Shown one piece after another: positions 22,148 through 33,355 of a stretch of 64,000 nucleotides of DNA. The notes beneath the pieces are model-generated. The model did not search any database. It was not told where the DNA came from and saw only the letters and a program-made list of their open reading frames with translations. The first letter of the stretch is position 1; every line of letters starts with the position of its first letter. Source of the DNA: an uncultured Methanomicrobiaceae archaeon. Its GTDB lineage: Archaea; Halobacteriota; Methanomicrobia; Methanomicrobiales; Methanoculleaceae. The stretch covers positions 1,152,001 through 1,216,000 of the forward strand of contig CAWGXH010000004.1 in NCBI GenBank assembly GCA_963826525.1. The letters run 5' to 3'. A program made the position numbers and the translations under genes.

Positions 22148-22894
22148 TCAGCCGATGTAGGTCAGTTCTTCTGCCGCTTTGCTCTCTTCGGCTTCCCTGA
22201 TCTTGGCGATGATCTGCTCCATATCCTCGGCACGCTGCCGCAGAAGACTTGGATCGATCTCGATCCCGAGCAGCCGGGTAAGGACGGCAAGGAGGCTCTC
22301 GGCACTCCTCGGGTCGACGATATATCCGGAGGTCTCTCCCATGAGGCAGATCCCTTCGATATTCCGCTCTGCACCGAGACCGAGGAGGAGGCCGGAGGCA
22401 CCGACGATCATACCGCCTGTCTCGGCATTCCGGAACGATCCGCCGGCCTCTTCGACCTCGGGTATGAGGTGCTCACTATTCACGGCTGCGAAGATCCGGT
22501 TCTCGTCGACGAGGTGGCCTACTCCGTAGCCGCCGAGGGTGTAGATCCTCTGTACGCCGAGTTCTTCGGCGATATCAAGGTAGGTCTCGGTCAGTACGTA
22601 GTGCCCCGCGGGAGAGGTGCTCTGGAAATCGCCGACCAGAAAGAGGAGCGTTATATCGTCACCCTCGTACCGGTAGATCTCGTTGTTGACGAGGCGGGTG
22701 ATACCCTTCTCGTCGACAATGACCTGCGGCGGGAAGTGAAGCGAGTGGATCTCGGCGATCTTCTCTGCCCCGAGCTTCTCTATGATATATTCCGCCGCGA
22801 GTTTCCCGACCTGTCCGACTCCCGGAAGCCCTTCGATGAGGATGGGCGCCCGGATGTCGTCGTCCCGCAAAAAATGTATGGTTACCTCTTTCAT
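22148..22894 (-). CDS. Proteasome assembly chaperone (PAC2) family protein
   Basis: EGLPGVGQVGKLAA, FPPQV, TLGGY, CLMGETSGY.VDP; conserved position after nop10. Confidence 0.9.
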   Translation of the reverse strand: MKEVTIHFLRDDDIRAPILIEGLPGVGQVGKLAAEYIIEKLGAEKIAEIHSLHFPPQVIVDEKGITRLVNNEIYRYEGDDITLLFLVGDFQSTSPAGHYVLTETYLDIAEELGVQRIYTLGGYGVGHLVDENRIFAAVNSEHLIPEVEEAGGSFRNAETGGMIVGASGLLLGLGAERNIEGICLMGETSGYIVDPRSAESLLAVLTRLLGIEIDPSLLRQRAEDMEQIIAKIREAEESKAAEELTYIG

Positions 22895-23043
22895 TCGCGT
22901 ACCATCCTTCTGTAACTCCCGTACCTATCCTGTGGAGAAAAACGTGCAGGATGAGCGATCCGGGTCCGGCACCCGCAGGCCGGACAGATCTCTCGTATCG
23001 TATAGGTACGGTCGTGTACGCAGCGTCGTATACGGCCACTCAT
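22891..23043 (-). CDS. nop10: H/ACA RNP protein Nop10 (50 aa; absent from ORF track)
   Basis: Own translation MSGRIRRCVHDRTYTIREICPACG...AHPARFSPQDRYGSYRR; ATGA overlap with PAC2 gene. Confidence 0.9.
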   Translation of the reverse strand: MSGRIRRCVHDRTYTIREICPACGCRTRIAHPARFSPQDRYGSYRRMVRE

Positions 23044-23052
23044 AACGACGCC

Positions 23053-23833
23053 TTAACCGGACTTCTGTTTTCGAACGAATTTTCCGGTGCCGTCAGCCCG
23101 CTCCATGACGCCGACCGCAGCAGGCTGCGGCTTTCTCGATCGCCTTCTCAGCCGTCTTGTAGTCGGGTGCGGTCACCTTGATGCGATACTTGGGAGCACC
23201 CACGTAGTTTAAGTCAATCTCGACATCGTCGACCTTCGGCTGCGCACTTCGGAGGGCTCTTCGGATCACATTGACCCCGTCGGGCTTTGCGGATGTGAGA
23301 ATCAGGTGTCCGGTGATCGTCACTTTCGAGACTTTGACATTCTCGTGGGCGATGGTGTTGAGCGACTCTTTGACCTTCGGGTCGAAGGTGAATTTCTCCA
23401 GCGACTCTCCACCCGTGGCGACGATCTCCTCAAATCCCGGGTATAGCAGACCGTATTCACGGTAGAACGCCTCTTCGATGGTTCTGCGCTCGACGCCGGT
23501 TGCCTCGGTCACAAAGCCGACCCACTTCTCGGCCTTCTGCTCGCTCTTCCACTCGTGGATCTTCTCGCGCCGCTGGTGTTCGTTAACATCTTTGAGAGAA
23601 AGGTCGATATGACCGCGTCCGGGATCAACGTTCAGCACCTTGCAGACGACCTTCTGCCCTTCACGCACGAAGTCCCGTATATGCTTGATCCAGCCTCTCG
23701 CTATCTCGGATATGGGGATGAGGCCCTGTCGCCCGTCGTATTCGTCGAGGGTCACGAATGCCGCGAAGTCCCTGACGTTCTGCACCGTGCAGACGACGAG
23801 TTCGCCGTCCTCAGGCCATTCTCTCTCACGCAT
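23053..23833 (-). CDS. eif2a: Translation initiation factor aIF-2 alpha (frameshift near the 3' end)
   Basis: WPEDGELVVCTV S1 domain, GHIDLSLKDV, YVGAPKYRI.V.APDYK.AE; ends GTGKFVRKQKSG*. Confidence 0.92.
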
Positions 23834-23841
23834 GTAACTAC

Positions 23842-24030
23842 TCACTCAAGTGCTGCCAGTATTTCGGCTTTTATGGTTGCCTTGCCGCCGGTGGGCTCTG
23901 CAAGGATATGTCCGCAGACCGCGCAGTCCACAACGCTGCTTGCCATCTCAAAGACGACCTGTTCGTTCTCGCAGTCGGGGCATTTGACCCGGAAGAACTT
24001 GCTCCGATTCTCTCTGTTTAACTGTACCAT
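23842..24030 (-). CDS. rps27e: 30S ribosomal protein S27e
   Basis: [18 protein letters not shown]...[14 protein letters not shown]. Confidence 0.95.
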   Translation of the reverse strand: MVQLNRENRSKFFRVKCPDCENEQVVFEMASSVVDCAVCGHILAEPTGGKATIKAEILAALE

Positions 24031-24037
24031 CGCTTGC

Positions 24038-24316
24038 TCACTCCGTCAGCTCGAATTTGCTTATTCTGAATCCCGCTCGCAGGTGTGCCTTCCCACAGAC
24101 CGCACACCGGTACCGGATATTGATCTTCTTGGTCGGCTTGTCGCCACCGGGTACTTTCGAGAACTTACCCATGTTACCGACGGCGCCTCTCCGTGCCTTC
24201 TGACGGTCGATCCAGTTGAAGTGGCGGTTTCTGCCCTTCTTTACCTTCTCGACTTCGTGGATCTCATGTTTCCTGCAGAACGGGCAGTATGTTTTAAATT
24301 TAACTGGCATCTTCAT
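24038..24316 (-). CDS. rpl44e: 50S ribosomal protein L44e
   Basis: TYCPFCRKH...[19 protein letters not shown]. Confidence 0.95.
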   Translation of the reverse strand: MKMPVKFKTYCPFCRKHEIHEVEKVKKGRNRHFNWIDRQKARRGAVGNMGKFSKVPGGDKPTKKINIRYRCAVCGKAHLRAGFRISKFELTE

Positions 24317-24354
24317 GGAAATATCCTCTATGAAATTGATACGAAGTACCAATA

Positions 24355-25002
24355 TTACTTGTTAAGCCTGATATTTAAGGCTATGTTGCGTTCGCAGAGC
24401 ACGTCTGCATTCCGCTCCGGGATCGTTATGATGTCTCCCTGTCGGAGGTGATAAACCCTGCCGTCCACACCCATGAACGAGTCCATATCCTGCGTGATAT
24501 GCACGAGGGCGTACTCGGCTGCAACGGTTCCGGCAGAAGCAGCCCGCCTTCTCCGCTCCTTCGGTGCAGGCATCGTGGCGGGTGCCGGGAGAACTTCTCC
24601 CGTCTCTTCTCCGACAATGCGCGCCTCGTCGCCGAATATGAGCGTCCGCCTGCACTCTTCGATGGCCGCGACGAACTGTCGGAACATCACCCGCTCCGCC
24701 TCCAGCATCTTTCTCGACTCGTCCCGGTCGATGTACCTGACCGTCGAACTGCTGAAATGCGAGATCGAGTATCTGACGCGTCCTGAGGGAGAATATCTCC
24801 TGCGTGGTGTCCCTGACGCTGCCGATCTCCTCGATGATAAGGCTGCCCGCCCGGGTTTCGAGCGGGTTTGCCAGAGCGTAGTAATCGCTCTTCAGCTTCT
24901 CGAGGTGCTCCCGGGTCTCATCGTAGAGGTGGGGGGGACGCCGGCGAGCCGCCCCGAGTGGTGCATATCCAGCAGGATCTGGCGGAGTTTCTCAAGATCC
25001 AT
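24355..25002 (-). CDS. DNA replication GINS (Gins51/15-type) protein (two frameshifts)
   Basis: Reconstructed MDLEKLRQILL...LYDE...IFSLRTRQIL helical A domain and C-terminal FMGVDGRVYHLRQGDIITIPERNADVL B domain; position after priS. Confidence 0.8.
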
Positions 25003-26140
25003 CGCTCGCCTCCCCTGCAATCTCCGCCATACCCCGGCAGCAGACGAAGATCGCCAGCGCCTCGGGGATGGTGGCGATGCCTTTCTGCAGCGTATAGGTA
25101 TTGCCGAGCAGCGACGTGGTGATAGCGGCCTTCATCTCGACCTTCACATCCCGCTCGCCGAAGACGACCGCATCCTCGAGGGGGTCAAAGCCGGCGAGTT
25201 CGTTGGCACCGAGCGGCACGACTCGCATTCCGCTTCCGCCGTGGAGCGATCCCGGCATCCGGATCAGCCGCTTGATATCGGTCGTCACCGGCTCGTCTGC
25301 CTGGGCACCCTTCACCCGAAGCCGCTGCCCGAAGGCCGACCCCTCTTCGGAAACGATCGCTCGCAGCGTGCGGTTTGCCAGCAAGCCCTCCGTCCGGTAC
25401 TCCTGCAGGTTTCGTGCGATCTCGTCGATCCCGGTGAGAAGTTCGGCTGCCTGCTTTGTTTTAATCCCTTTGATGGCGGTCAGGTGGCCGGTCGCCTCGT
25501 CTTCCGGGAGCCCTTTGAGCCAGAGGAGATGTTCATGGAGGGCGTCGAGATAGCGCCGTCGCCATCCCCCGGGAGCCGCCCGGGCGGGCGCGAGCATAAC
25601 ATCCGGATCGAGCCCGGTGCCGCAGACGTAGTCGATAAGCTCCCGGCGCTCCTGGCTGCCCCACCCCCGGGTGGCGATATCCCTGACATGGACATGGTAT
25701 CCACGGCCGCCGGAGAAGACCACGTGCAGTTCTCGCGAAGAGAACCCGAGTTCGCCGGTCAGCATCCCGATCAGCTTCTCGGTCTCCTCCTTGACCCGTG
25801 CAAGCATCTCCGCATATGGCCCGCGCATGATATGGTCGGCATCGAGGTCGAAGATCAGGTCTGCGCCGGTCCAGACTTTATCGTTCATCGTCGGGGCGCC
25901 CGGCATGCTGTAGTACGCGGTGGAGTAGTACGCGTGGGCGGGAATCATGCTCCGCAGGTAATCGACGAGTTCCCGCTGGTCGGTAAAGGCCATGTGCCTG
26001 CGCATCCTGACGTCGGACGATGCATCAAAGAAGATGAAACCCCACTCCCGCTGCTCGAGGGATGACGGAGCGGGGAGATGACCGTTCCGGTAATAGTCGG
26101 TGAACCTCTGTTTGAGAAATTCGAGCGTGGCGGGTTTCAT
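24992..26140 (-). CDS. priS: DNA primase catalytic subunit
   Basis: QREWGF, ADLIFDLDAD, FSGGRGYHVH, DEPVTTDIKRLIRMPGSLHG. Confidence 0.95.
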   Translation of the reverse strand: MKPATLEFLKQRFTDYYRNGHLPAPSSLEQREWGFIFFDASSDVRMRRHMAFTDQRELVDYLRSMIPAHAYYSTAYYSMPGAPTMNDKVWTGADLIFDLDADHIMRGPYAEMLARVKEETEKLIGMLTGELGFSSRELHVVFSGGRGYHVHVRDIATRGWGSQERRELIDYVCGTGLDPDVMLAPARAAPGGWRRRYLDALHEHLLWLKGLPEDEATGHLTAIKGIKTKQAAELLTGIDEIARNLQEYRTEGLLANRTLRAIVSEEGSAFGQRLRVKGAQADEPVTTDIKRLIRMPGSLHGGSGMRVVPLGANELAGFDPLEDAVVFGERDVKVEMKAAITTSLLGNTYTLQKGIATIPEALAIFVCCRGMAEIAGEASDGS

Positions 26141-27717
26141 GCTAGTGTCTTGATCATATATGGGCCCCTTCGTTGATATCCCTGTTTCCCGTAGTACGGG
26201 CGAACCCGATCCCGCTCATGACGGCGAGGCGATCGTAGCCGTGACTTTTGGCGCTCTCCTCGGCAGCCGCAAGCAGCCTGTTGCCGAAACTCCGGTGCTG
26301 CCACTCGTCCTCCGACGCGCCGGTGCTGAGGGGGACGATGCTGCCGTAGACGTGCAGCTCCCGGAGGAGCGCCGCGCCCGAGAGCTCAGGCCGGAACGTC
26401 CTCTCCGGGAACCGCAGGCGTGCGAAACCGACGAGGGCATCCCCTGAACTCGCCTGGATGAACTCCTCCTCGCCGCCGCAGGCTCCGGTAGACCAGCGTC
26501 GAGATTGCCGCCACCCCGAGATCCGGGGAGCGGCCGACCTCCCGGCACCGGATGCACCGGCAGCGAAGCCCCTGCTCGCTGAGCCGCTCCTGTACGAGCT
26601 GGCGGAAGTTGCTGTGCCGTGAGCCGGCGACGATGAGCTTTGCGGGAATATCGCGCTGGATACGCTGGAGGCGGACGTACTCCGGAAAGAGCGACTTTCC
26701 GTAGGCAATGAGATCGATCAGGTCCTCCTCGGTGTAGGGGTGATACTCCCCGCGCTCCCAGAGATGCTCGATCTCCGACCCCGGCGTGACGAGGGTAGGG
26801 TAGATCTTCAGAAAGTCCGGGCGGAACCGTTCGTCTCCGAAGAGGTCTTCGAACATCCGGCGGTCGTCCTCAATCGTGCTCCCGGGGAGGTTCGGCATGA
26901 TGTGGAACCCGACCTTGATCCCGGCGTCGCGGAGCATGCAGTTCGCCTCCACGCTCTCCCGGACGGTATGTCCGCGCCGGTTGTACTCGAGGATGGAGTC
27001 CCGGAGTTGCTGGACGCCGAGCTCGACCTTCGTCACGCCCATCTCGAGCATCCGGTTAATCTCCTCTTCCCGGCACCAGTCCGGACGGGTCTCAAAGGTG
27101 GTGGCGACGCATCGCACCCGTGCCTGCTCGTTCGCGGCGAAGATAGTTTCGAGATCGACTGCTCCCTCCACGGGCGGCGTGCCGACGTTCGGGTAGTCGT
27201 TCATTGCCTGTACTGCCGACCCGACGAACCACCGCTGGTACTCGAGCGGGCGGGCGGTCATCGTCCCCCCCATCACAATCAGTTCTACCTTATCGATATG
27301 GTGCCCGAGCATCTGGAACTGCGCAAGGCGTGCCTGTACCTGGTTGTAGGGATCGTACGCATGCTCCCGTGCACGAAGTGCCGCCGGCTCCTCGCCGGTG
27401 TAACTCTGGGGCGACTTGAACGGGTGCTCCGGCCCTCCGGGGCAGGGAAGGCATATGCCGTGCGGGCAGGGGTGGGGTGACGTCATCACCGCGACCGGCG
27501 CTACCCCCGAGATCGTCCGCGTGGGTTTTACGAGCAGGACTCTCCGCAGCCGTTCCCGCTCCTCCGGTCGTGCGGCGGCGAGGATTGCGGAGTTTTTCGG
27601 CATGCTGACGCTGTACTGCCGGCAGATATCGAGTTTGATCTTCTGGATATCGACAGAACCCTGTCCTGCAGAATAGATGCGGGAGATAATCTCCCGGTAA
27701 ACTTCGTATTCGTTCAT
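26137..27717 (-). CDS. elp3: tRNA U34 modification radical SAM/GNAT enzyme Elp3 (two frameshifts)
   Basis: RTISGVAPVAVMT, CPHGICLPC, ETRPD, KIYPTLV, RELHVYG, WQHR, ends GPYMIKTLA* overlapping the priS start. Confidence 0.92.
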
Positions 27718-27724
27718 TGCGTAG

Positions 27725-27988
27725 CTACTCGGTAGCAACTCGCTCGGATGGTATTTCCAGACGGTATTCGATAAATGGGTTGTGATTTGTCCGGATGTGA
27801 TGTACGATCTCGTCGCCGAGCGTGAGAATTGCCTTTTTATGCGAAACTTTGTTCTTATGGATATGGACGGGGGAGATATGAAGGGAGTTATAGCGTTCGG
27901 TCTGGATCTCCTCTCTGGTGATGTTCTCGTAGTATTTCTTGACATGCACTAGCAGCATGTGTAAATGGAGTAGCTCTTCCTTCTGCAC
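27725..27988 (-). CDS. UPF0058 family protein
   Basis: KEELLHLH...ISPVHIHKNK..HKKAI..LG. Confidence 0.85.
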   Translation of the reverse strand: MQKEELLHLHMLLVHVKKYYENITREEIQTERYNSLHISPVHIHKNKVSHKKAILTLGDEIVHHIRTNHNPFIEYRLEIPSERVATE

Positions 27989-28054
27989 ACTATCACCTTT
28001 TCCTCGAAAATTACTACAGTATTTGGGTAAATATAGTTTATTGGTGATCTTTAT

Positions 28055-28927
28055 ATGCGATTTGAGCGCGCAGCCGGCGCGCTGCTCGGGCTGGCTTTTG
28101 GGGACGCATTGGGTGCGCCCCTTGAAGGAGCCTCGCCGCCGCTCCGAAAGGTAACGGAGATGCAGGGAGGCGGTATTCACCATGTCCGCCCGGGGCAGTA
28201 CACCGACGATACACTGCAGGCGTGCGCACTTGCGCAGTCGCTTATCAACGTCCGGGGGTTCGCACCTGCGGATTTTGTTTCACGGCTTATGCGCGGATAT
28301 CACGCTCATCCGGAATTCTACGGACCGACGTCGGGCCGCGTCCTCGATCTGATCGAGGCGGGCGTCGAACCGGAGAGCGCTGCCCGGGCGGTGCATGAAG
28401 CGGTGGGGGGAAGCAGAAGCAACGGGAGTGTCATGCGGGGGGTTCCCATCGGGATCTTTTACCGCCCCGCCCGGGTCAGGGATGTCAGTATGGCCTGCTC
28501 GAGGCTGACCCACTACGACCCGGTGGCAGGTGAGTCTTCGGCGTTCATCAACCGGATGGTCTCCGAGCTCTGCCGGGGTGCGTCCCGGGGAGCGGCCTAC
28601 GAACGAGCGCTGGCGGCATGCCGGAGCGACGAGGTCGCCGCTATGCTCGGAGCCTACCGACGCTATCCCCTCGTCCCCTCGCTCGACGCCGTCCTCTGCA
28701 CGCATTGCGCCGTCGCGGTCTTCATGAAGGCCCGCGGTGCGGCCGAAGCGGTGATAACTGCGGTCAACCTCGGCGGCGATGCCGATACGGTCGGGGCGGT
28801 GACGGGGGCTCTTGCCGGAGCCGCATGGGGATGCGGCGCTTTTCCTGATTCGTGGTATCGCCGGCTCGAGAACCGGGAGCGATTGAGCGGCGTTGCCCGG
28901 GCACTCTCTGCGGTGAGCATGCCCTGA
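28055..28927 (+). CDS. ADP-ribosylglycohydrolase family protein
   Basis: GDALGAPLE, YTDDT, SNGSVMR, LTH, GGDADT. Confidence 0.9.
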   Translation: MRFERAAGALLGLAFGDALGAPLEGASPPLRKVTEMQGGGIHHVRPGQYTDDTLQACALAQSLINVRGFAPADFVSRLMRGYHAHPEFYGPTSGRVLDLIEAGVEPESAARAVHEAVGGSRSNGSVMRGVPIGIFYRPARVRDVSMACSRLTHYDPVAGESSAFINRMVSELCRGASRGAAYERALAACRSDEVAAMLGAYRRYPLVPSLDAVLCTHCAVAVFMKARGAAEAVITAVNLGGDADTVGAVTGALAGAAWGCGAFPDSWYRRLENRERLSGVARALSAVSMP

Positions 28928-28933
28928 TTCCGG

Positions 28934-29383
28934 TCAGGCGGGACGGAGCTCGACCAGTTTGAGAGATCTTCCCCGCTCGCAGATATCGGGGGCGCTCCCC
29001 AGCACCTCGCCGACGGCGTACTTCTCGCCTTCGATGATGCCGTCCGGGTGGCAGAGCGGAAAGCTCCTGCACCCGGTCCTGGTGCAGGGGAACTCATACT
29101 GCATCTTCGAATTGACGATCGCCATATCGGCTCCGATCAGGGCGACCACCGGTGACTCGATAACCTCGACAGCGCTGACCGAATCGAGATGAACCGGGCA
29201 TTCGTGCTTCGTGCCGGGGCGTACTTCGACGATCCGGTACTTCTTTCCCGGCTGCAGGTTATGGCAGACCTTCCGCATCTTGCAGTTCTCGCACTCCTCC
29301 GCCGATCCCTCGTAGATGAATTCAAGATCCTGCTTTGCCAGCACCGACCCGATCAGCGTTACTTTCGTTTTCTTCAGTATCAT
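28934..29383 (-). CDS. UPF0179 family protein
   Basis: VTLIG..LA....EF.Y.G...EC..C...KVC.NL..G..Y.I...CPVH. Confidence 0.85.
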   Translation of the reverse strand: MILKKTKVTLIGSVLAKQDLEFIYEGSAEECENCKMRKVCHNLQPGKKYRIVEVRPGTKHECPVHLDSVSAVEVIESPVVALIGADMAIVNSKMQYEFPCTRTGCRSFPLCHPDGIIEGEKYAVGEVLGSAPDICERGRSLKLVELRPA

Positions 29384-29390
29384 CTTCCCC

Positions 29391-30470
29391 TCACTCCCGG
29401 TACAGCATTTTGATGAGATTCTGTGCAGATTCTGGTGTCAGCCCCATATCAAGGATCGTAAAGCGTTCAGGACGGATAGTCCTTGCCGCCAGAAGCGCCT
29501 CGACCGCCGTTTCGTCGTCGACGCCGATCTCCGCCGGGGTCGTGGGAGCTCCAATCTTCCGGAGCGACTGCCGGATCCCCCGCCAGTCGCCGCCGTGAAG
29601 GTACATGGTGATGATCGCACCGATGCCGCACTTCTCGCCGTGAAGCCCCTTCCCCGGCGCCAGACGGTCGAGGGCATGGGAAAACTTGTGCTCCCCGCCG
29701 CTGCCCGGTCGTGACGATCCGGCGATGCTCATGGCAACGCCAGACGAGACAAGCGCTTTGGTGACGATCCAGGCTCCTTCCTCGCTCTGCGGCTTGATGA
29801 GGTCGGCGTCTTTGACCAGAATCTCCGCCGTCATGCGGGAGAGCGTCAGGGCATATTCGGAGAGCGGCTCTCCACGAAGGCGGTGGGAGAGTTCCCAGTC
29901 CAGGATGGCGGTATAGTTCGAGATGACGTCGGCGCACCCTGCTGCGAGCAGCCGGTGCGGTGCCCGGGCGATGATCCCGGTGTCGGCAACGACGGCGATC
30001 GGGGGATGGGCGGTCATCGAGGTGTTGCCCTCCACGGTCGGAACCGATGCCCGTGACGAGGCGATCCCGTCGTGGGAGGCTGCTGTCGGCACACTGATGA
30101 ACTGGCGGTCGAGGTTGAACGAGGCGATCTTCGCGGTGTCGATCACCCGTCCGCCGCCGACACCGATGAAGAAGTCCGCCTCGCTCCCGATCTCCTCGAT
30201 CTTCCGGATGGCTTCAAGCGAGATCTCCTCGGTGCCGACGGTGGTGATATCATAATCTTCTGCAAGGAGCTTGCCGACACGTTCGCCCGCCACGTCGCGT
30301 GTCCTCGTTCCGGTGATGATGAGCGCAGTTTTCCCAAGGCTCAGGTCTTCGCAGACGGCAGGCAGGTGCCCGATAACATCGTGGCCGATAACGACGTCAC
30401 GAGGCAGCTGCATCCATTTGGACTTATCAAAAGCCTTGCTCTTGAGTAGATTTATACCGTCTGCGCTCAT
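29391..30470 (-). CDS. egsA: sn-glycerol-1-phosphate dehydrogenase
   Basis: GVGGGRVID.AK, VPTAASHDGIAS, SSRPGSGGEHKFSHALD, HGEKCG. Confidence 0.95.
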   Translation of the reverse strand: MSADGINLLKSKAFDKSKWMQLPRDVVIGHDVIGHLPAVCEDLSLGKTALIITGTRTRDVAGERVGKLLAEDYDITTVGTEEISLEAIRKIEEIGSEADFFIGVGGGRVIDTAKIASFNLDRQFISVPTAASHDGIASSRASVPTVEGNTSMTAHPPIAVVADTGIIARAPHRLLAAGCADVISNYTAILDWELSHRLRGEPLSEYALTLSRMTAEILVKDADLIKPQSEEGAWIVTKALVSSGVAMSIAGSSRPGSGGEHKFSHALDRLAPGKGLHGEKCGIGAIITMYLHGGDWRGIRQSLRKIGAPTTPAEIGVDDETAVEALLAARTIRPERFTILDMGLTPESAQNLIKMLYRE

Positions 30471-30481
30471 TTTAATCAGTA

Positions 30482-31328
30482 ATGATTAGTGAGTTCATAT
30501 ACAAATATTACGTCGATCCAATTAGGTACAGGGGGGCCTATACCATTGTCGATACACTCACTTATGCCCTCATCCTCGTCGTTTCCGTATATCTCGTGTA
30601 CCGGTGGCTGAAACGCTCCGGCATCGCCATCGATACGGAGACTCGTGCTTGCCACCATTCCGTTCGTCGTGCTCGGAGGGCTGCTCCGGGTCGTGCAGGA
30701 TACCGGGATGATCACCTCCGACTTGCAGTACCTGCTGATAACACCGCTTATCTTCTTCACGCTCTTCTTCTACGCGATTCTCCTGCTCTTCGCGGGGAGG
30801 ATTCTCGAGAAGCGTGGTGCGATCTCCCGGTACAGCCGGTTTTACGGCGGTGCCGGAGTCGTCTCGTGCATCGTTGCTGCGGCGGTTCTCACGTTCTTTG
30901 GCCTCACCGAGACACAGGTGGCGCTTAACGTGCTCGTGATCATCCTCGGCATGGCGTCGGTCACCTCGCTTGCTCTCTGGGCACTGCTCAGGTACGTCTT
31001 CGGGTGGAGTTACGTCTCCGATATCCTCTACAAACTCCTGATATTCGGACATCTTCTGGATGCCAGCGCGACGAGTTACGGTATCGACCTGCATCCTGTT
31101 CGCTACGTCGAGCAGCACGTCGTCGGTTCGAGCCTGATCGAGTTCACCGGGACTGCGTTCTCGATGTTCCTCCTAAAACTCGTGGTCATCGTCCCTGCAA
31201 TTTATATTCTCGAGATGTACAGAAAGGAGGGAAATCCCGATCTCTGGCATCTCATCGTGCTGGCCATGATCGTCGTCGGCATGGCGCCGGGAGTCCGGGA
31301 CATGGTGCGGATGATACTCTATGTTTGA
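30482..31328 (+). CDS. DUF63 family membrane protein (frameshift near 30640)
   Basis: YYVDPI...YTIVDTLTYA, PFVVLGGLLRVVQD, HLLDASAT, YVEQHV, GMAPGVRD. Confidence 0.8.
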
Positions 31329-31887
31329 GAAACCGTTTCTTCGGGCTATCATCATCTCCGCCCTGGTCTTCGCCGTATCGCTCGGCCTCGGTGTCCTTGC
31401 GGTATCCGCCGAGCCCGCTCTCGGTGAAGAGATGCTGGCACTCTTCCAGGAGCAGGTCGCAGGACAGCTCCTGAGCGATACGCCGGTCGTGCTCTTCCTC
31501 AAGATCTTTTTAAATAACCTCGGGGCGTGCACGCTGCTCTTCTTCGGCGGTGCATCGCTCGGAGTCGTAACGCTGCTGATACTCGGGCTCAACGGTCTTC
31601 TCATCGGGGCCATCATGGAGATCGTGCGCCAGCAGCAGGGCCTTCTCTTCATTGCCGCGGCGCTCATCCCCCACGGGATCTTCGAGATCCCGTCGTTCCT
31701 CGTGGCGGGAGCCCTCGGGCTGCTGCTCGCCCAGGCGCTAGCCTCCGAGTGGCAGGGGGAGGGAGATGCTGCGGAGACTGCAACCCATCTTGGTAAATAC
31801 TTTATAAAAATCGTTGTTCCCCTTCTGCTCATCGCCGCGAGCATAGAGGCTTTTATTACGCCCGCTATCCTAAATGTGATCGCGTAA
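31321..31887 (+). CDS. SpoIIM-like membrane protein
   Basis: [23 protein letters not shown]. Confidence 0.85.
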   Translation: MFEKPFLRAIIISALVFAVSLGLGVLAVSAEPALGEEMLALFQEQVAGQLLSDTPVVLFLKIFLNNLGACTLLFFGGASLGVVTLLILGLNGLLIGAIMEIVRQQQGLLFIAAALIPHGIFEIPSFLVAGALGLLLAQALASEWQGEGDAAETATHLGKYFIKIVVPLLLIAASIEAFITPAILNVIA

Positions 31888-31918
31888 GGCAGAACCGCCT
31901 TCCTGGGGAAAGAGACTG

Positions 31919-33353
31919 ATGGAAGCAGAAACAGGGGCACTCCCGACAAAAGACGACTTCAGCGGCTGGTATAACGAAATCCTATGGCGAGCGGAGATCA
32001 TGGACGTCCGCTACCCGGTCAAGGGGTTGTACTGTCTGGTTCCCTCACGGATTTGCTATCCGGAAATGTGCGTATCAGATCCTTCGGGATCTGATGGACC
32101 GTGATCACCAGGAGACGATGTTCCCGCTCCTCGTGCCCGAGAACGAGTTCATGAAAGAGGCGGCCCACATCAAGGGGTTCGAGAACGAGGTATACTGGGT
32201 CACCCACGGGGGTAAGAACGAGCTCGACGTACCGCTCGCTCTCCGGCCGACGAGCGAGACCGCGATATACCCGATGTACGCACTCTGGATCCGGTCGCAT
32301 GCCGATCTCCCGCTGAAACTCTACCAGATTGTCAATACCTTCCGGTATGAGACGAAGCATACCCGCCCGCTCATCCGCCTCCGCGAGATCACCTCGTTTA
32401 AAGAAGCCCATACCGTCCATGCCACGTGGGAAGAAGCCGAGCAGCAGGTCGAGGAAGCGATCGAGCTCTACCGGACATTCTACCGGCGGCTCTGCGTCCC
32501 GGTGGTCGTCTCCCGCCGGCCCGAGTGGGATAAGTTCCCCGGCGCCGATTACACCATCGCGGTCGATACGATCATGCCCGACGGCAAGACGCTGCAGATC
32601 GGAACCGTGCACCTGCTCGGCGACCACTTCTCAAAGACCTACAATATCACCTTCGAGGATGCGCAGGGCGAGCACCACTACGCCTACCAGACCTGCTACG
32701 GCATCTCCGAGCGCTCGATCGCCGCGCTCATCAGCGTGCACGGCGACGATAAGGGTCTTGTCCTGCCGCCCGAAGTCGCTCCGGTTCAGGTCGTCATCGT
32801 CCCGATCATCGTCGGGAAACGGCGGGAAGAGGTGCTCTCTGCCACGGCTGCCCTCGAGGACGATCTGCGGGCGGCCGGGTTCTCCGTAAAGATGGATACG
32901 CGTGACCTGCGCCCCGGTGCGAAGTACTACTACTGGGAGATGCGGGGCGCTCCGCTCCGCCTTGAAGTCGGCCCGCGGGACCTCGACGCCAATACCGTCG
33001 TCGTCGTCACGCGCAGCGGCGAGAAACACACGATAGACCGGCGCGGCGTCGTGGAAGGTGTCGGTAGTATCCTCGCCCAGTTCCGGGAGGAGATCTTCGG
33101 ACGGGCGGAGCGATCCATGGCGGATCGCATCCGTATCGTCGAAACCGTCGTCGATGCGGCCGATGCTGTAAAGTCGGGCGTCGCGGTTGTTCACTGGTGC
33201 GGCTCGAAGGAGTGCGCCGATGCAGTAGAAGAGGCCGTGGATGCAAGCATCCTCGGCTCGGAGATCAGATCCGAATATATATCCGACTCGACCGGGCCGT
33301 GCATCATCTGCGGCGGCAGCGGGCGATCGGCGATGATTGCCAGAACCTACTAG
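31919..33353 (+). CDS. proS: Proline--tRNA ligase, archaeal type (frameshift near 32035)
   Basis: FSGWYNE...RYPVKG; [44 protein letters not shown]. Confidence 0.95.
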
Positions 33354-33355
33354 AA

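Noticed and set aside
24473-26065. Long antisense ORFs (also 16912-18267, 38510-40060, 41538-42845, 45224-46606, 50072-51403)
   Set aside because: Shadows of real genes in high-GC DNA; no recognisable motifs
31919-33353. Programmed frameshifting or pseudogenisation of proS and other split genes
   Set aside because: The genes are essential, breakpoints share no slippery motif, and indels occur throughout the window; sequencing error is the simpler explanation
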